The notes under the pieces were generated by a model, which worked only from the letters and a program-made list of their open reading frames with translations, was not told the origin of the DNA and ran no database searches. Of a stretch of DNA of 64,000 nt, positions 41,233 to 54,952 are shown piece by piece; position 1 is the stretch's first letter; every line of letters starts with the position of its first letter. Origin of the DNA: Chrysomallon squamiferum (lineage: Eukaryota > Animalia > Mollusca); assembly GCA_012295275.1 (NCBI GenBank), contig CM022674.1, positions 12,896,001 to 12,960,000 on the forward strand, given 5' to 3'. Both the position numbers and the translations under genes were made by a program.

Positions 41233-42393
41233 ATGAAGAATCTCGTAATACTGTGGATTCTGTTTGTAACTTCTCAAGGACTCGACAAAAACAGAACGTT
41301 ACAATTACGTCACATGCTGCTGGATAACTATTCACGTGCCGTGCAGCCGACTTCCGGTGGTCATAAACTTCTTTTGAAGTTGCGACTAGCTCCACTTTCT
41401 ATTATCGAACTTGATCAAACGAAGCAGACATTCACTGTTCTCGCACACGTGAGTGTCACGTGGTTAGATCGAGAACTGGCGTGGAACGGAAGTGAATTCT
41501 CCGATGTGAAAACTTTATCTCTGGAACTGGATGACGTTTGGTGGCCGAAGTATCAAATTACTAATTTGGTGGACCGAGTTACTGGGCAGTCTCTGTATAC
41601 GTCTGTCCTGCTGATCAAGAACGGACAGGTAACATACAGATCAAATGAACTGTTCAAAACTATTTGTACAGTTGACCTTACAAGGTATCCTTTCGACACG
41701 CAAGACTGTGCAATTATATTTTCGTCGTCGTCGTTGGACTACGATTACAGCGATCTCAATTCCAGTCTGCTAGACACTCGTCACGATTACTTCACGGAAA
41801 CTAACGAATGGGTTTTGATAGATTTTTATTCCTTCACGAAAACTGCCGATATAAGCGGGATGTCTATGGTTGAGTTTCATTTCAAACTTCGGCGACATTC
41901 GGTTTACTACGTACTCACGATCATACTGCCTGTAAGTCTTCTGTCAATTCTTGATGCTTTTGTGTTTCTGCTTCCTGTCGAGTCAGGAGAGAAGATGTCT
42001 TTTCTCATCTCCATAATGCTGTCCTTCGCCGTCTATCTCAACTTCATTAATGACGTCATGCCCAAGTCGAAACGCGTTTCCAAACTGGCTGCTTACCTCG
42101 TTCTCGCACTCGCTCAAAGCGCCATTTCCATCATTATAACTATATGCACGTTAGATGTCTATCACCGTGGCAACCGTAGTCGCTTCACCGACAAGAATAA
42201 AATAATTCCAACTCGTTCGTCTGCTGATGACGACACAAAAGAAGAGAAGACAACTGCGGAATTTTGTGGAAAACACTTCGTGAAAACGACTCAAAATGTC
42301 GCTCGTGCTCCATCAGCGCGCAAACTGAATTTGATTCTGTTTTCTGTGTTTCTGATGTCTGCTTTGTTAAGCCCTTTGCTATTTTTAGTATGA
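41233..42393 (+). CDS. Atypical nAChR-like Cys-loop channel subunit, copy 7
   Basis: Intact 386-aa ORF with the same motifs. Confidence 0.93.
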   Translation: MKNLVILWILFVTSQGLDKNRTLQLRHMLLDNYSRAVQPTSGGHKLLLKLRLAPLSIIELDQTKQTFTVLAHVSVTWLDRELAWNGSEFSDVKTLSLELDDVWWPKYQITNLVDRVTGQSLYTSVLLIKNGQVTYRSNELFKTICTVDLTRYPFDTQDCAIIFSSSSLDYDYSDLNSSLLDTRHDYFTETNEWVLIDFYSFTKTADISGMSMVEFHFKLRRHSVYYVLTIILPVSLLSILDAFVFLLPVESGEKMSFLISIMLSFAVYLNFINDVMPKSKRVSKLAAYLVLALAQSAISIIITICTLDVYHRGNRSRFTDKNKIIPTRSSADDDTKEEKTTAEFCGKHFVKTTQNVARAPSARKLNLILFSVFLMSALLSPLLFLV

Positions 42394-43460
42394 AAAACAC
42401 AATTCAAGACCGACAACTCTCGACAGTGAATCTAAGTTACTTTCGCATTTGGAGCTCGCAAATGGAATTCTTGATTTTCTTTTTTTTCTTTTTCTTTTTT
42501 CAGATATACAAAATACACTCGAACGACAATTATCAACTAGAATATGGTTTTTGTTGTTTTAAACTATAAAGAATACTCTTGAAGAGTATTCGATTTCCAA
42601 TAAAATCTTTGTGAAACATTAATTATTTTTAATAGAGAAAGCTTATAACTGTGATGGCAGCGGTTTTGAGGGATTTCACTTTTATTAATTCAGTCTGAGT
42701 ACATTGATTTTTTATACGAAGAATCTTTTTTGAAATCCTCTCTCTTGAGGTTACGTTCAAAGTCAGAATGATCTATAATCAGGGCCTGTGAATTTGTTCA
42801 GGATCCCAAGAGCTAATCATGGAAATAAAGCATTTATAAGAGCTCCATGTAAATTTACCGGACATCAAATCCTCATTTTTTGAGAAAAATCGTTGATTAC
42901 GTCGGTTACCCGAAGGGGGTCTTGTACCGCCTTACAAATTTCTCTTGGAGGCCCAATAATTCTTTAGCCAGATTTGAACCTACGAAAACGTATCTATTGT
43001 CTTGGCTTAACAATTCCTGGGAAGTTTAATTTGAAGAACAAATAATTAAGTTGAACGTTTATTACTAGTGATGGTTTACTAACAGAAGCTAGTTGGAAAT
43101 TACCTATGTTGCGGTTAAAGTTACTTTTTTTCAGAGTTAGGCTTCGCTTTCAGATCTTCTTGTTCGATGTAGTTTAGATCGTATCTTTAATTTTTCATAA
43201 GTAATCTGTGGCTAGACAAATTCTGTTGTTTTATATTTTGTAAATGTCAGTTTGTGTAGCCAGATAAAAAAAAAAAAAAATAATTTTATTACATCCTCCG
43301 AATAAATTTAAATTTGTTTTTGTTAAATTCTTTTTTCTGTCTTACTTTTATCCAATTATGTTATTTCAAATCCACTTTTTAGCTGTTACCAAACAATTTG
43401 AATTAGTGATGAAGTGTGATCTTATTGTCGTTATTGTTGTAGTTGTTGTTGATGTTATTA

Positions 43461-43511
<51 letters not shown>

Positions 43512-43729
43512 TTTTTAATTTTTTGAAGGTTAGAGTGATACGTCATGAAATGGAATTTATTTTCTTGTGAATTTAAAATCGAGTGATACGACACACTCTC
43601 GCGCGCTCTCGCACATTACAAATTTGATACTAGTGAATGAAAAACAATAATATTGTTTATGAGGCCTACGTTTATGATTGAAATGTGTTTGAGGAACTGG
43701 TTCTATGCAAAATTATCTATCAGTCTAAC

Positions 43730-43760
<31 letters not shown>

Positions 43761-44062
43761 GTGAAGAAAAGAGATGGGGAGAAACCCCATAATCAACATT
43801 GTTAGTGTGGAAACAGTAACCTTTGACCTTTTTTGAATGTCGAAATTCAAAAATGTCAACAAAGTATGATTTTACTAAGATCTATAATGTTTATAAATGA
43901 CCTAATTTTATCTTTTATCTTAAACTATTTATTGATTTATAATATACGTAAGCCTCCTAATATGAAATTCATTAAAACTGAAAATATTATGGAGTAAAAA
44001 GTGTGAATAGAAACGTAAGGGACATAACTCGCATTTATTTCTTTACAATTACCTACAATAAA

Positions 44063-44614
44063 ATGGCGCAAAATGTGAATGTTGTTGTCGCTGTGAGCAA
44101 AAATAAAGGAATCGGATTTGAGGGAACAATTCCCTGGCGTCTTAGGAAGGACCTGGCAATGTTTAAAACTATAACGTTAAAAACCACCGATGAAAATAAG
44201 CAAAATGCTGTCATAATGGGCCGAAAAACATGGCTTTCTATTCCGGCGAAGTTCCGACCACTGCCGAATCGCCAGAACATTGTCTTAAGCACTACATTGA
44301 GTGAATTACCAAAAGATGTTCATCTAGCAAACAGTTTTAAAAAAGCAATGGATTTAGTTTCGTGCGGAAAGCTTGCCGATGTTGTGGAAAATGTGTTTGT
44401 TATCGGTGGAAGTTCCGTGTACAGAGAAGCAATGGCTTGGCCGAAGTGTCGAATTTACTTGACGCGAATTTTGGCGGAATTCGAATGTGATGTTTTTTTC
44501 CCAAATATTGACGAAAACAGTTTTAGAAAAGTTGATAATCCTGAATGGTTGCCAAGTACACCTCAGCATGAAGGTGATTTAACATTTATTTACGAAGTTT
44601 ATGATAAAATGTAA
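44063..44614 (+). CDS. DHFR: Dihydrofolate reductase, uninterrupted CDS, 183 aa
   Basis: GIG..G.IPW, D at the catalytic acidic position (RKDLAMF), VIMGRKTW.SIP, RPLPNR.NIVLS, VIGGSSVY, IYLTRI and CDVFFP; ATG in AAAATGG context at 44063. Confidence 0.95.
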   Translation: MAQNVNVVVAVSKNKGIGFEGTIPWRLRKDLAMFKTITLKTTDENKQNAVIMGRKTWLSIPAKFRPLPNRQNIVLSTTLSELPKDVHLANSFKKAMDLVSCGKLADVVENVFVIGGSSVYREAMAWPKCRIYLTRILAEFECDVFFPNIDENSFRKVDNPEWLPSTPQHEGDLTFIYEVYDKM

Positions 44615-45196
44615 AGAACAAAAGGGACAATACCATTTTGATGAATTATTATCAATATAAGTTTGTAGATGAAGGAAGAACATTTGTGTTTTTGTTTTCT
44701 TTTTCTCCCTTTTCTGTGTTTTTATATATATTGCCTTTATATTGCTATTCCTAAAACAATAAAATTTGTATGATGTATATTGGTTTAATTATTACTGACT
44801 GAAGGTTACATTTAGTAAACAACAGATTTTTTTCGCAAGATGCAAAATTAAAATTGTCGAAAAACAAACACAAAAGGGAGCAATAAAAAAATAAAAGAAG
44901 AAGAAAAGAAAGAAACATGTAGATTCTATTTACAATAAATTAATTAATTTGTATATTATCTCAAATGCAATTTGCTCTTTATTTTTACCTTTTTTAATCT
45001 TCTTCCTTCTTATAAAATTTTATTTAATTTTATTTTATTATAATATAATATACGAAGCCTTTGTTAAAATATCTCTGTCACGGATACTTTAAGTGATGTT
45101 ATGGCTGCAAAAGCCATAATTATTAGCTACGACAATTGCCAAGTTAGTAAAAGTAACATCAAAGACCTTTTTAGATATTTACGTTTTCTAACATTG

Positions 45197-45307
<111 letters not shown>

Positions 45308-45458
45308 ATCTATTTCAGAACGTTTTGACAGTATCTAGTTTTAACAAGAATCCGAAATAAATATATTCCTCAGATATCTGTATCTCTTTAAATTATTTTA
45401 ATTTAATGAATTGTCAAAATTGATAAGGAATAATAATATCGTTGTTTTTGTTCTCTGG

Positions 45459-45503
<45 letters not shown>

Positions 45504-45806
45504 ATTTTTATTATATAATATATATTCACGAATGATGGGGCCAAAACCTAATATTTACCTCGAACAAGTTGTCAGGCGAAGAGATGATAATACTACAACT
45601 ACTGCCAGTACTGAAACCGTCGTCTTGTAAAGCGTGTACAAACTATAACATAACAGAATAATTTCAAAGCATTCGCCTGAAATGTACGTCAATGATTGTT
45701 ACAACGAACATTTCAGCCCAGGCTGGGGGGCGAGGACCCTGCTTTGAACCAGCCCACCTGAAAAAAATTAATTATAATAATTAGTAAAAGAATTGTACTG
45801 TGTGTG

Positions 45807-45871
<65 letters not shown>

Positions 45872-47679
45872 ATGGCTGGCTGTCAAGCTAACTACTAAAG
45901 CTGTATCCTAACCGGGCGACACGAAGATTTTTTCTTTCCTAACCAAACGCGAGCGTAGCGACAAAATCAGTTTTGAAATTGTTAATTTTTCATAGGCGAA
46001 TTTAACATTTAAATTATTAAATTAATTAAATGTATAGTCATTTCTGTTTATAGAGCGTTCTCTCCTGTGACATCATGTTTATCCTGCAAAATAAAGTACA
46101 CTGTGCTCGAAGACTGGAAGTTATACAGTTTTGAATAAGTCTAGTATGCATGTGAAATGAGGATCTGATCAAAGACTTTGCAAGGAAAAAAAGTAGGAGA
46201 AAATTATCCAACTATAAATAAAATGGAAGCATACAGAAATAAATATTATTTTCCTTCTTGCCTGTATTACGTTTTGAAAATATCAAATAATGTAGTTACT
46301 AAGTATTTCATTGTACTAACTATATTAACTAAATATTTTAATATACTGTTGAGCCTCGATTTCAACGACTAATGGGGAGAACACTTGGTCAGGAAAATGC
46401 AGAAGTCCGGGAAACTGTGTACATAACCATTAGCCCTGAAACATTAAGCTTTAATACACATAACAGCTACATAATACAGCAATATAATGATGTAAGAACA
46501 ATACAGAGACAAAAAAATAATAAAACAAAGTTGTAAAATGTACTCTTATGTGAAAGCAAAATTGTACAGGTAAGATTTTGGAAAATATAGTTCAAATTTT
46601 GTAGTTTTTTCAAGTTTTGAACTTGGTAAAATCGAGGGTCAACAGTTATATATATATTAAATACTCTTGACCAAAGCGAATCTCGTCTGACCCATCCTGA
46701 CAGTCACCCTCAGTTCAGATTTAACTACCACACTTGGCACCTTATAAACAATTTTTGAATTAAAGATATATTTATATGGTTTTTTTTTTACAGTATGCAA
46801 TAGCATATTTAGTATTTTTTAAAAGATTTTTGCCTTTATTTCAACAGAAAATTTTATTTTAAGAGAAAACTGAGGTCAATAATAAAAAAAAAAAAAAATC
46901 GAAAAAAAAAAAAAAAAAATCAGAAAAAAAGTATGAATAATAATGATAATAATAATAAAAAAATAAACAATATGCTATATTCCAAACAACTATTAAATAA
47001 TCGTCTGATCCATCCAGACGTAGTCACCCTGGAATACTGTCCATTCTTACGGGAATTGCCTCGTCAGCACCCACGGCCCACTGTCCTTTGTTTCTTGAAC
47101 AGTGCCAACGTCGGTGAAACAGAACAGATGTAATCAATCACCAGCATCGTCCTGTTTGACACTTTTTTTTTTTCAGGACTCCATAGCAACAGTCGCAGTT
47201 AGTGGAATATTCTGAAATAATGATTAACAATGACGAAATGATAATAAAACTAGATGATGATGGTGAAATATTAATTTTATTAGTAACCATAAAAATGTTC
47301 TGGTCCACTGGAATGTTTGACACGCTCTAAATTCAGAAACCCTACAGCTTTTGTAAATTTAAATAAATTCCAACATCAAATGAAAAATATAAAATACAGT
47401 TTTATTAAAAATAAAAATAATATAAATGTTTTGATATCTATATTCAGAAAACTGAACCTGGAAATAAATAAATAAAAAATAAATAAATTCCTGAGCATGA
47501 ACGGAACCTGGATTTGAAAGAGATTTTCCAGATATCAAATTGTTATTTTTTAAAGTTATACACATATTATTAGGATCTGTTCTAGTTAATTAATAAATCA
47601 GGTTCGAATTTAGAATTACCATTTTATTGAAACACTATAACTGTCCAAATGTAATCTATGAGTCTTAAAATCAACGTCG

Positions 47680-48200
47680 TTAACGAGTGACGTCATCATA
47701 ATTACCTAGAGACGGAGTACGGAGTAACGAAAGTAAATAAATAAACAAAATTTTGAAAAGGAAAAGTTAATTATGGTTTATATTCATTTTTACTGCTGTC
47801 ATTGATTCTACTACTACTGCTAATTCTGGAACAACAATAACAATACTAACAACAACTACAACAATTACTACTAAATAATACAGTTAAATGGCCGCTCCTG
47901 TCACCATTTTGTATTTATTTATGAAAAAAGTTTATTCATTATAAAATAGTATTTGTAAATTATATTTTCAAAATTCCAACTGTTAAGCGTTAATTAATTA
48001 ATCATTATCTCCATTTTAGTAACTAAATTATATTTTGTAAATAAATTTAAACTTACTTTTTTTTATATCAAAATAGAAACAGAAATGAAACAGAAATCTT
48101 CACAACCATGAGAATAAACGTTTCTTAGGAATATGATGTCACAAAAATAACGTAAACAGTGAGCCAATGAGATTAGGAATAGGATTTGAAAGGGGGCGGT
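47680..48200. promoter_or_regulatory. Orphan promoter-like motif cluster
   Basis: CRE TGACGTCA at about 47688, YY1-like AAATGGCCGC at about 47886, AGCCAATG at about 48162, and TTTGAA plus a GGGGCGG GC box at about 48185-48198. Confidence 0.3.
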
Positions 48201-50372
48201 TTTTATTTTCCTTTTATGGAAATGAATGTAAGGGAGAGAGATTGAGAGAGAGAGAGTTTATAAAACTCGACTAATATAAAATGTTTCATTTGCCATAAAA
48301 ATACATTGCTATACTGGGATGAAACGAAGAAAGATAAATCGCAGAGTAATTTCATGAAATAACTGAAATTTACAACAGATTTGTCTCGCTGTGGGTTTAC
48401 AGAAAGACAGACGAGACAAAAGGGGCGGGGGGATCTGAAAGATGGACTAGGCTTTAGTTGTGTGTGTGTGTGTGTGTGTGTTTCTTTATAATTTCACAAA
48501 ATAACCTGGTATAAATATCTACTGTCGTTTTCAGACATTTCAGAAAATAAATAAAAAGAAAATGACGTATTCATAACCATACGTATGTGTGTCGTGTGTG
48601 TAGATATATGTATGTGTGTTTGAGTTCTTTCAGAATATTACAATTTCTGCGGTTTAATATTATGTGTAACAATTATAAGATAATCTTATTAACAACTGAT
48701 CAGAAACAAAACACAAAACAGACTGTAAAGTTTGTATAAATTTTATTACAAATGCTCATCATATTAAACATTTTCATTTATTATTATTATTATTATTATT
48801 ATTTATAATCGAAAGGTAATTGATACTTCCAAGCGATGTGTCACTTTTTTAAGGCTGGTAGCAAGATTTATTTTTATTTTTTGTTTTTCCCATAATCCCA
48901 GTTTTTGATAAACACTTCCTGTAATAGGAAAATGGATACACCAAGGGCAGATCTGGTGTAATCTAACCAGTGTCTTGTAAAAGAGAAACTACTAAAACAA
49001 AAATGTTAACTATGTTTTACAACAAAAGTAAAATAGAAAACTGTCAGACACAAAACATGAAGTTTAATTTTATTGTCTTAATACGTTTGTGATGTTGTTT
49101 CAGAACTGTTAGTCATATTCACAATGTGTATATACTTAGTAAACAGTATTTTTAAACAAAATAATAAATAAATAAATAAATAAAAATAAAATTGTAAGAA
49201 ACTACACATACATTTATCTAAGTATCTTTATCATAAATTTAAGAAGTTGATATATAAAAAATTTAAAAACAAAAAAAATTAACCTCTGTGTATATATGTG
49301 TACTAAAACAAGAAATAATCAGATTATTTACAAACAGTAGAAAAGAAAATCCAGTACTTTTTCTGATTAGTGAATGCTTTTTAATTTGTCAGATATGTGA
49401 CCATAACTGTTAAAACAGAAAATTCAAATAAATATCTTTTCAGATTCTTATGTATATTTTTTTCAGAAAATATTGAGTTTATCAAACTTGACCACAGTTC
49501 ACTAATTTAATTTCCAGTCATATTTATGTGACATTACTTGTAAAATTCCAAGAGAGAAATCATTTTTTTTTTCATCACCAGATCAAACAATAATATATAT
49601 ATAGACATGTACAAGATTAATCATTAAATTTATGAAATATGAACAGTGAACACCATACAAACACTAAACAGACAATGACTAATATCTTTAATAATTAAGT
49701 TATCAATATTATGCTTATACTATAATAACGGATTGAAATATGATGTTATTTTATTTGTAGAACTTTAGTCCCAGTGCTTATCAAAATGCATGACATTTAT
49801 AAGAAACGAGAACGTTGTTTATGATTTCGAAATATATTCATTCCAACAAATGTGTTAATTTGGTGTACATGTCTGCAAAAAGACAAAGCCAGTTCCAAAT
49901 ATACTACAAAAGGATGTTCAGCTTCTTAATAAGATAAAATTAAAATGTTTTTTCACTTCATGGATTTCAATTTGGTTTCAGGTAAATGTTGTCAGTATGG
50001 TAAAATTATAGTCCATTTGTTAAGTCTTGTAGAACAAGCATCATTAAAAAAAAGCAGATCTGATTTACAAATAGAAAATGAGGTAGGTGTAACTTCTAAG
50101 ATTTGTGTATGTGTGTTCATGTGTCTGTATGTGTTTACACGTATCTGTATACATTAGTTTGCAGTGTACGAGTAAAGCAGTATTAAGCATGTATCTGCCG
50201 AATATGCAGTATAACTAAAACAAAAGGGTCTTAAATTTAGATTTTTTAGACAAATGGATGTCATATATTCCAATACAAATAGCTCCTTGAAACAAAATAT
50301 TTGCAAAATATCAGTTTTGCCATTTTTTTTTTTTAATATATATATAATGTATTTCAATTTTTTTTTCAAAAT

Positions 50373-50725
50373 CTAGTGCGTGAAGTTTTCTTTGTTGCTT
50401 GGTTTGTTCATGTCTGAGCTGTTCTGTCTCGCTTTGTCTATCTTCTTTGCTTGTTTCCTATGCATGATGTTGCGAGGTGAGTTTGTGTCTATGATCACCG
50501 TTGACAACGGAGAACGTGTCACGTCACACATTCGTTTTTCCGTAAACAGCTTCTTAGGCCGGCACGGTCGTGGAATCTTTGACGTATTTTTGACTTTTTT
50601 GGACATCCCTTCTTTTTTATCTGCTAAGAAAAAGAAAAAGAAACATTTGAAGTTGCTATCTGGGATTATTTCTAAACCATTTCTAGTATTTATTCTAGTA
50701 TTTAACATTATACATGTGTGTGTGT

Positions 50726-50764
<39 letters not shown>

Positions 50765-52517
50765 TAAACACAGTTACAAAATACAAAATTAATAAGTGAA
50801 GAAAATGGACTTAGTAAATTAAAATAAAATAAAATGAATTAAAAATTACTAATAAAATTAACTGATCGTAATAGTAAATTGTTTTCACAAAACCATAGGA
50901 CAAATTTCATGAACTATTCTAAACCATATTGTGGTATAAAAATAAAATTTAAAAAAATTATATTTATGATAAGCCCAAATTCTCTTCTTTTTTCTTTTTT
51001 TTACCCATTTTGTTCATGCCTTCCAGACAAATTTATTATCTAAAATTTAAATTAACTTAATCCTCCCAAACAACACACATACTCTACAGTGTTCAGATAC
51101 ATCTCCAACACACACACACACAAAAACTCACCACTGTCCTGACTGTTAGAATTCAGCAAGGCCACACCCTCATCATCAGACATGGAGAAATTCTGAAACT
51201 CTGCAGCTGCTCCTGTGTCGCTGACAGAAGATTCAAATGTGTTCTGATGTTCAATCATGGACGACAGACTGTTGCAGGTTGTTTCGGAAACACTGAATGT
51301 TTCTGTGATTTTGCTGATGTCTTGGATAGCCTGTGCTGTTTCAGTAACTCCTGAATTCTGTTCACAGACCTCAACAGACAAGTCCAGAGCCCTGTTTTCC
51401 TGAACTGTTGCTGGAAAGCAAAAATAAAACAAATAACATATGTGGTGGTACAAAACAAACAACTGTCTCTCTTAGTCAGAAAAGACTTCTGTAAAGCATT
51501 AGAGAATTAATATTATCAGGGTTCCATGCAAAAATTCAGCAGAAATTTTGAAGACTTTTTATGTACCAGATAAGATGATTTTATGGACCTTTGGAGGAGA
51601 TTAATGATTGGTATGACATACACATCTTGATGTGTTTGATGTGAGTCAAAATGCTGATGGGTAATTTCATACACAGCATTCCAACAGAGTCATGGAGCTG
51701 TGATGAAATACACATGCATGTGAGGAAAATAAAGAACAGAATATTAATAAATTTACCAAAACATGCATTTTAATGGACTTTTGAACATCTGAAATGTTAG
51801 CACTTTTAAGTACTTAAATTTAACAACACTGACTTATAGAACATCTACGGCTTTTAAGTACTTGAAAGAATTGTGACCAATAATATTTAAAAAATATTTA
51901 TAAAAAAAAATAAAAGGTTTATTGAATAGAACAAAAAGGATTAAAATTTCCTGGCAGAATCAGAAAACCCCACAAAGCAAGATAGAACCAGAAGACGGTC
52001 TGTAGTAGCTGTTAGTTTACATCATCACAAATATGACATAACTGATACGTGGCATATAATGTTAATAATAATGCAGTAATGATCATGAAAAATTCATATT
52101 TTATTACATGGTATCCTAGTTATCACTTATAATAAGATACTATTACTTCAGAAACAATACTTAAAACTGTGGTTTTTTGCTTTAAAATGTTTTCTTCTAG
52201 GCAGGATAGCCTAAATACATCTTTGAAGTGATGAATTTAGTTTTTTTTTTTTTTCATTTTTACAAGAACCCACATTTTTGTTAATGATATTAAAGCATGA
52301 CAGAAATATTCAAAGCTAATTTAAAAACATTTTGAAAGAGAGACAGACATAATAACTTTAGCTGTGATCACTTAATTCTTTGTTGTTTGTCTTGACATCA
52401 ACAAATATATCATTTTTTTTTTTTAAAATATCTGCATTATATATATTATCATAATTATGATATTTCAAACACAGGAGAAATAAATAAAGAAAATCAGCTT
52501 TATCTGTAATTGTTAGA

Positions 52518-52554
<37 letters not shown>

Positions 52555-53316
52555 AAATGTTCATTATTGTTAACTTTATTGACAGTAAAAACTGATTTTC
52601 ATCATATAAAATTCATTGATACAGTTAATATAAACACCACTTTCATAAAGTTTTAATAATTAAAAAGATAATTAAATATTAAACTTACTATACATTTCTG
52701 TTTTTTCAGAAGGCACATTTAAAAGAGTGGTAGTGTGTGAATGATCTGTAACCTGTATCTCACTGTTATCTTCTTGCAGTTGAAAACACTGTGCAGTGGC
52801 TTGTTCTGTAAATAAAACAGTTATAAACTATAGCAGGTCTGAAAAGTAGGGTCAAAAGGGAAAATATTTTTGTCTATAATAAGCAGGAGTCTTTCTGTTT
52901 TGTTTACTTTCTTGCTTTTTAAAAATTAATCATTTAATATTAATAAAATCACCATTTAGCCATTTGCAAAAAAAAAAAGAAGAAAGAAATGAAAGCAATA
53001 CAAAACAACAACAACATAATAATAATAATGATAATAAAAATATTAATAATAATAATTAGATTTTTATTTCAAAACCATTTTATATTCAAGCCAGTTCCCA
53101 CAACAGTTGTTATGGGAAGAGGGTTAAAAATATATATTTTAATACTTAATAGAAATGCCGTAATTTCTGTGAGAAACAGTCAAAAAGTTCTAACAAAAGA
53201 ATAAATGATATCAACTCATTTAATAAATATTTGAAAAACATTTTATTATTAATTTTAGGTGTTAAAGTTGAACATAGATTTTGAAACTGTGAATTAAATA
53301 GAAATTATATATAAAA

Positions 53317-53354
<38 letters not shown>

Positions 53355-53683
53355 GTGTGTGTGTGAGTCTTGCAGTAAAAGGTCAGTGTACAACACTGTC
53401 ATTGGTAAACTGGCTGGAACGGGAGAAAAACAAACAAGGATTAAACTGACTGCTAACCTGAACAGACTATAGATGTGATAGGAGTTCGGACTATGCCTGG
53501 AGTTGGTGAGCGTGGATCTAACAGAATTTCTGGACTTTGGTCAACGACAATTGGTGTCCGTGTGATGTTGTCAGTTGGAGATCTTGGATCATGGTGCAGC
53601 AGTCGTTTTGGGGCTTCGTATTTAACTGGTGTTATGTCTGTATAGTATATCTCTTCATCAGGCTTGCTGGCCAACAGTCCCAT
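50373..53683 (-). CDS. CDCA3: Cell division cycle-associated protein 3 (TOME-1)-like; coding exons 53683-53458, 52805-52689, 51410-51132, 50620-50373 (about 289 aa)
   Basis: N-terminal MG, twin DPRSPT..I.RTPI motifs, RSPL motif and a C-terminal KEN box (SNKENFTH*). All introns are GT-AG, phase 1 and frame-consistent; a 5'UTR acceptor lies at 53692. Confidence 0.85.
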
Positions 53684-54409
53684 AATGCACTCTGAAATGT
53701 AAAATTATAATAATAATAAAAATAACAACAACAACAACAGTAATAATAGTATTAATATAAATAAAAAATTAAATAAATAATATATTCAATAGAGCTGTTT
53801 ACACCTACAGATGTGGAAGAAAACTGGAATCAAAATAAAATTAAAACATCTGTTTGTGTTAGTTTGAGTATATGTATGCAACTTCAAGATTATTATATTA
53901 TAAATTAAATGTTATACTATAGATTGGAACATCAGTTTTTTTGGCATTCTTAAATTTATATCACAAATATCAAACTATGTATACCAAAACCAAAATGTTT
54001 GTGACATTACATTACTGATTAATTATATTACAATATTCTAAAAGTGAAGATATATCCCCCCATTGTCCGAAGCCCTATATTCGTATCACATCGTTTTCAC
54101 TTTCATTTTTCTTCTTCTTTTTTTAATGATGCATATTTTTCCATTCTGAATTTAAGTCATAAATGTAATATATAACAAAAGATATGAGTATGAAATCACA
54201 TTACTGATTAATCCCAATATTCCAAAAGTGAAAATACATTATTACAACTAGTGAGTAGTGTACTACTATTATTAGCCATTACTGCATTAGCAATCCATCG
54301 TTTTCATTTTCTGAGTTCTTAAATTCGTCATAACTGACAGATATTTTTTGTGATTACAAAAACACAAACATTATTTCTTTAACTATAAGTTTATAAATGT
54401 TGCATATGC

Positions 54410-54904
54410 TTCATACGTTATTCTGATACTTAAACCTGATCATATATTTTTGAATAAAGCCTTGTCGATCTTGAACATAAATATCTCGATATCCTACTTT
54501 TGAACTTCGCGCTTCAGCCAATGAAACATAATGAACATTTCTTAAATCGCGAGACAAAATTGTGATTGGATAAATACTTATTGTTGGTACTTCCAAACGA
54601 TATCTGAAGAGCACCAAAGAAAATAGCTATTCGTTTCTTTGTCGTGGTCAAAATGAAACCTGTTATAGACAAAACAAATATTTGTTTTGGTCAACCACCT
54701 TTTTTTTTAAAAAAAAAGAAGATCTGTATACAAATTATTTACAAGATTAATATTAACTATTAAAAATCATAGAATGAATCTCTTTAAATCTATAATATTT
54801 TTATATTTGTCATTAGATTAGCGTGTTTATCCTAACTTGAGTAATATTTAATATTACATGTTGATGTTTGTATGGATGTTTAATTTAGTTTCAGTGTCAC
54901 TGCT

Positions 54905-54952
<48 letters not shown>

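Noticed and set aside
44003-44062. 20-aa N-terminal extension of DHFR in the ORF track
   Set aside because: It begins at GTG; homology and Kozak context point to the ATG at 44063.
44063-44614. Bacterial or viral horizontal origin of the intronless DHFR
   Set aside because: Length and inserts (e.g. TTDENKQNAVIMG, PAKFRPL) are of the animal type, and composition matches the host.
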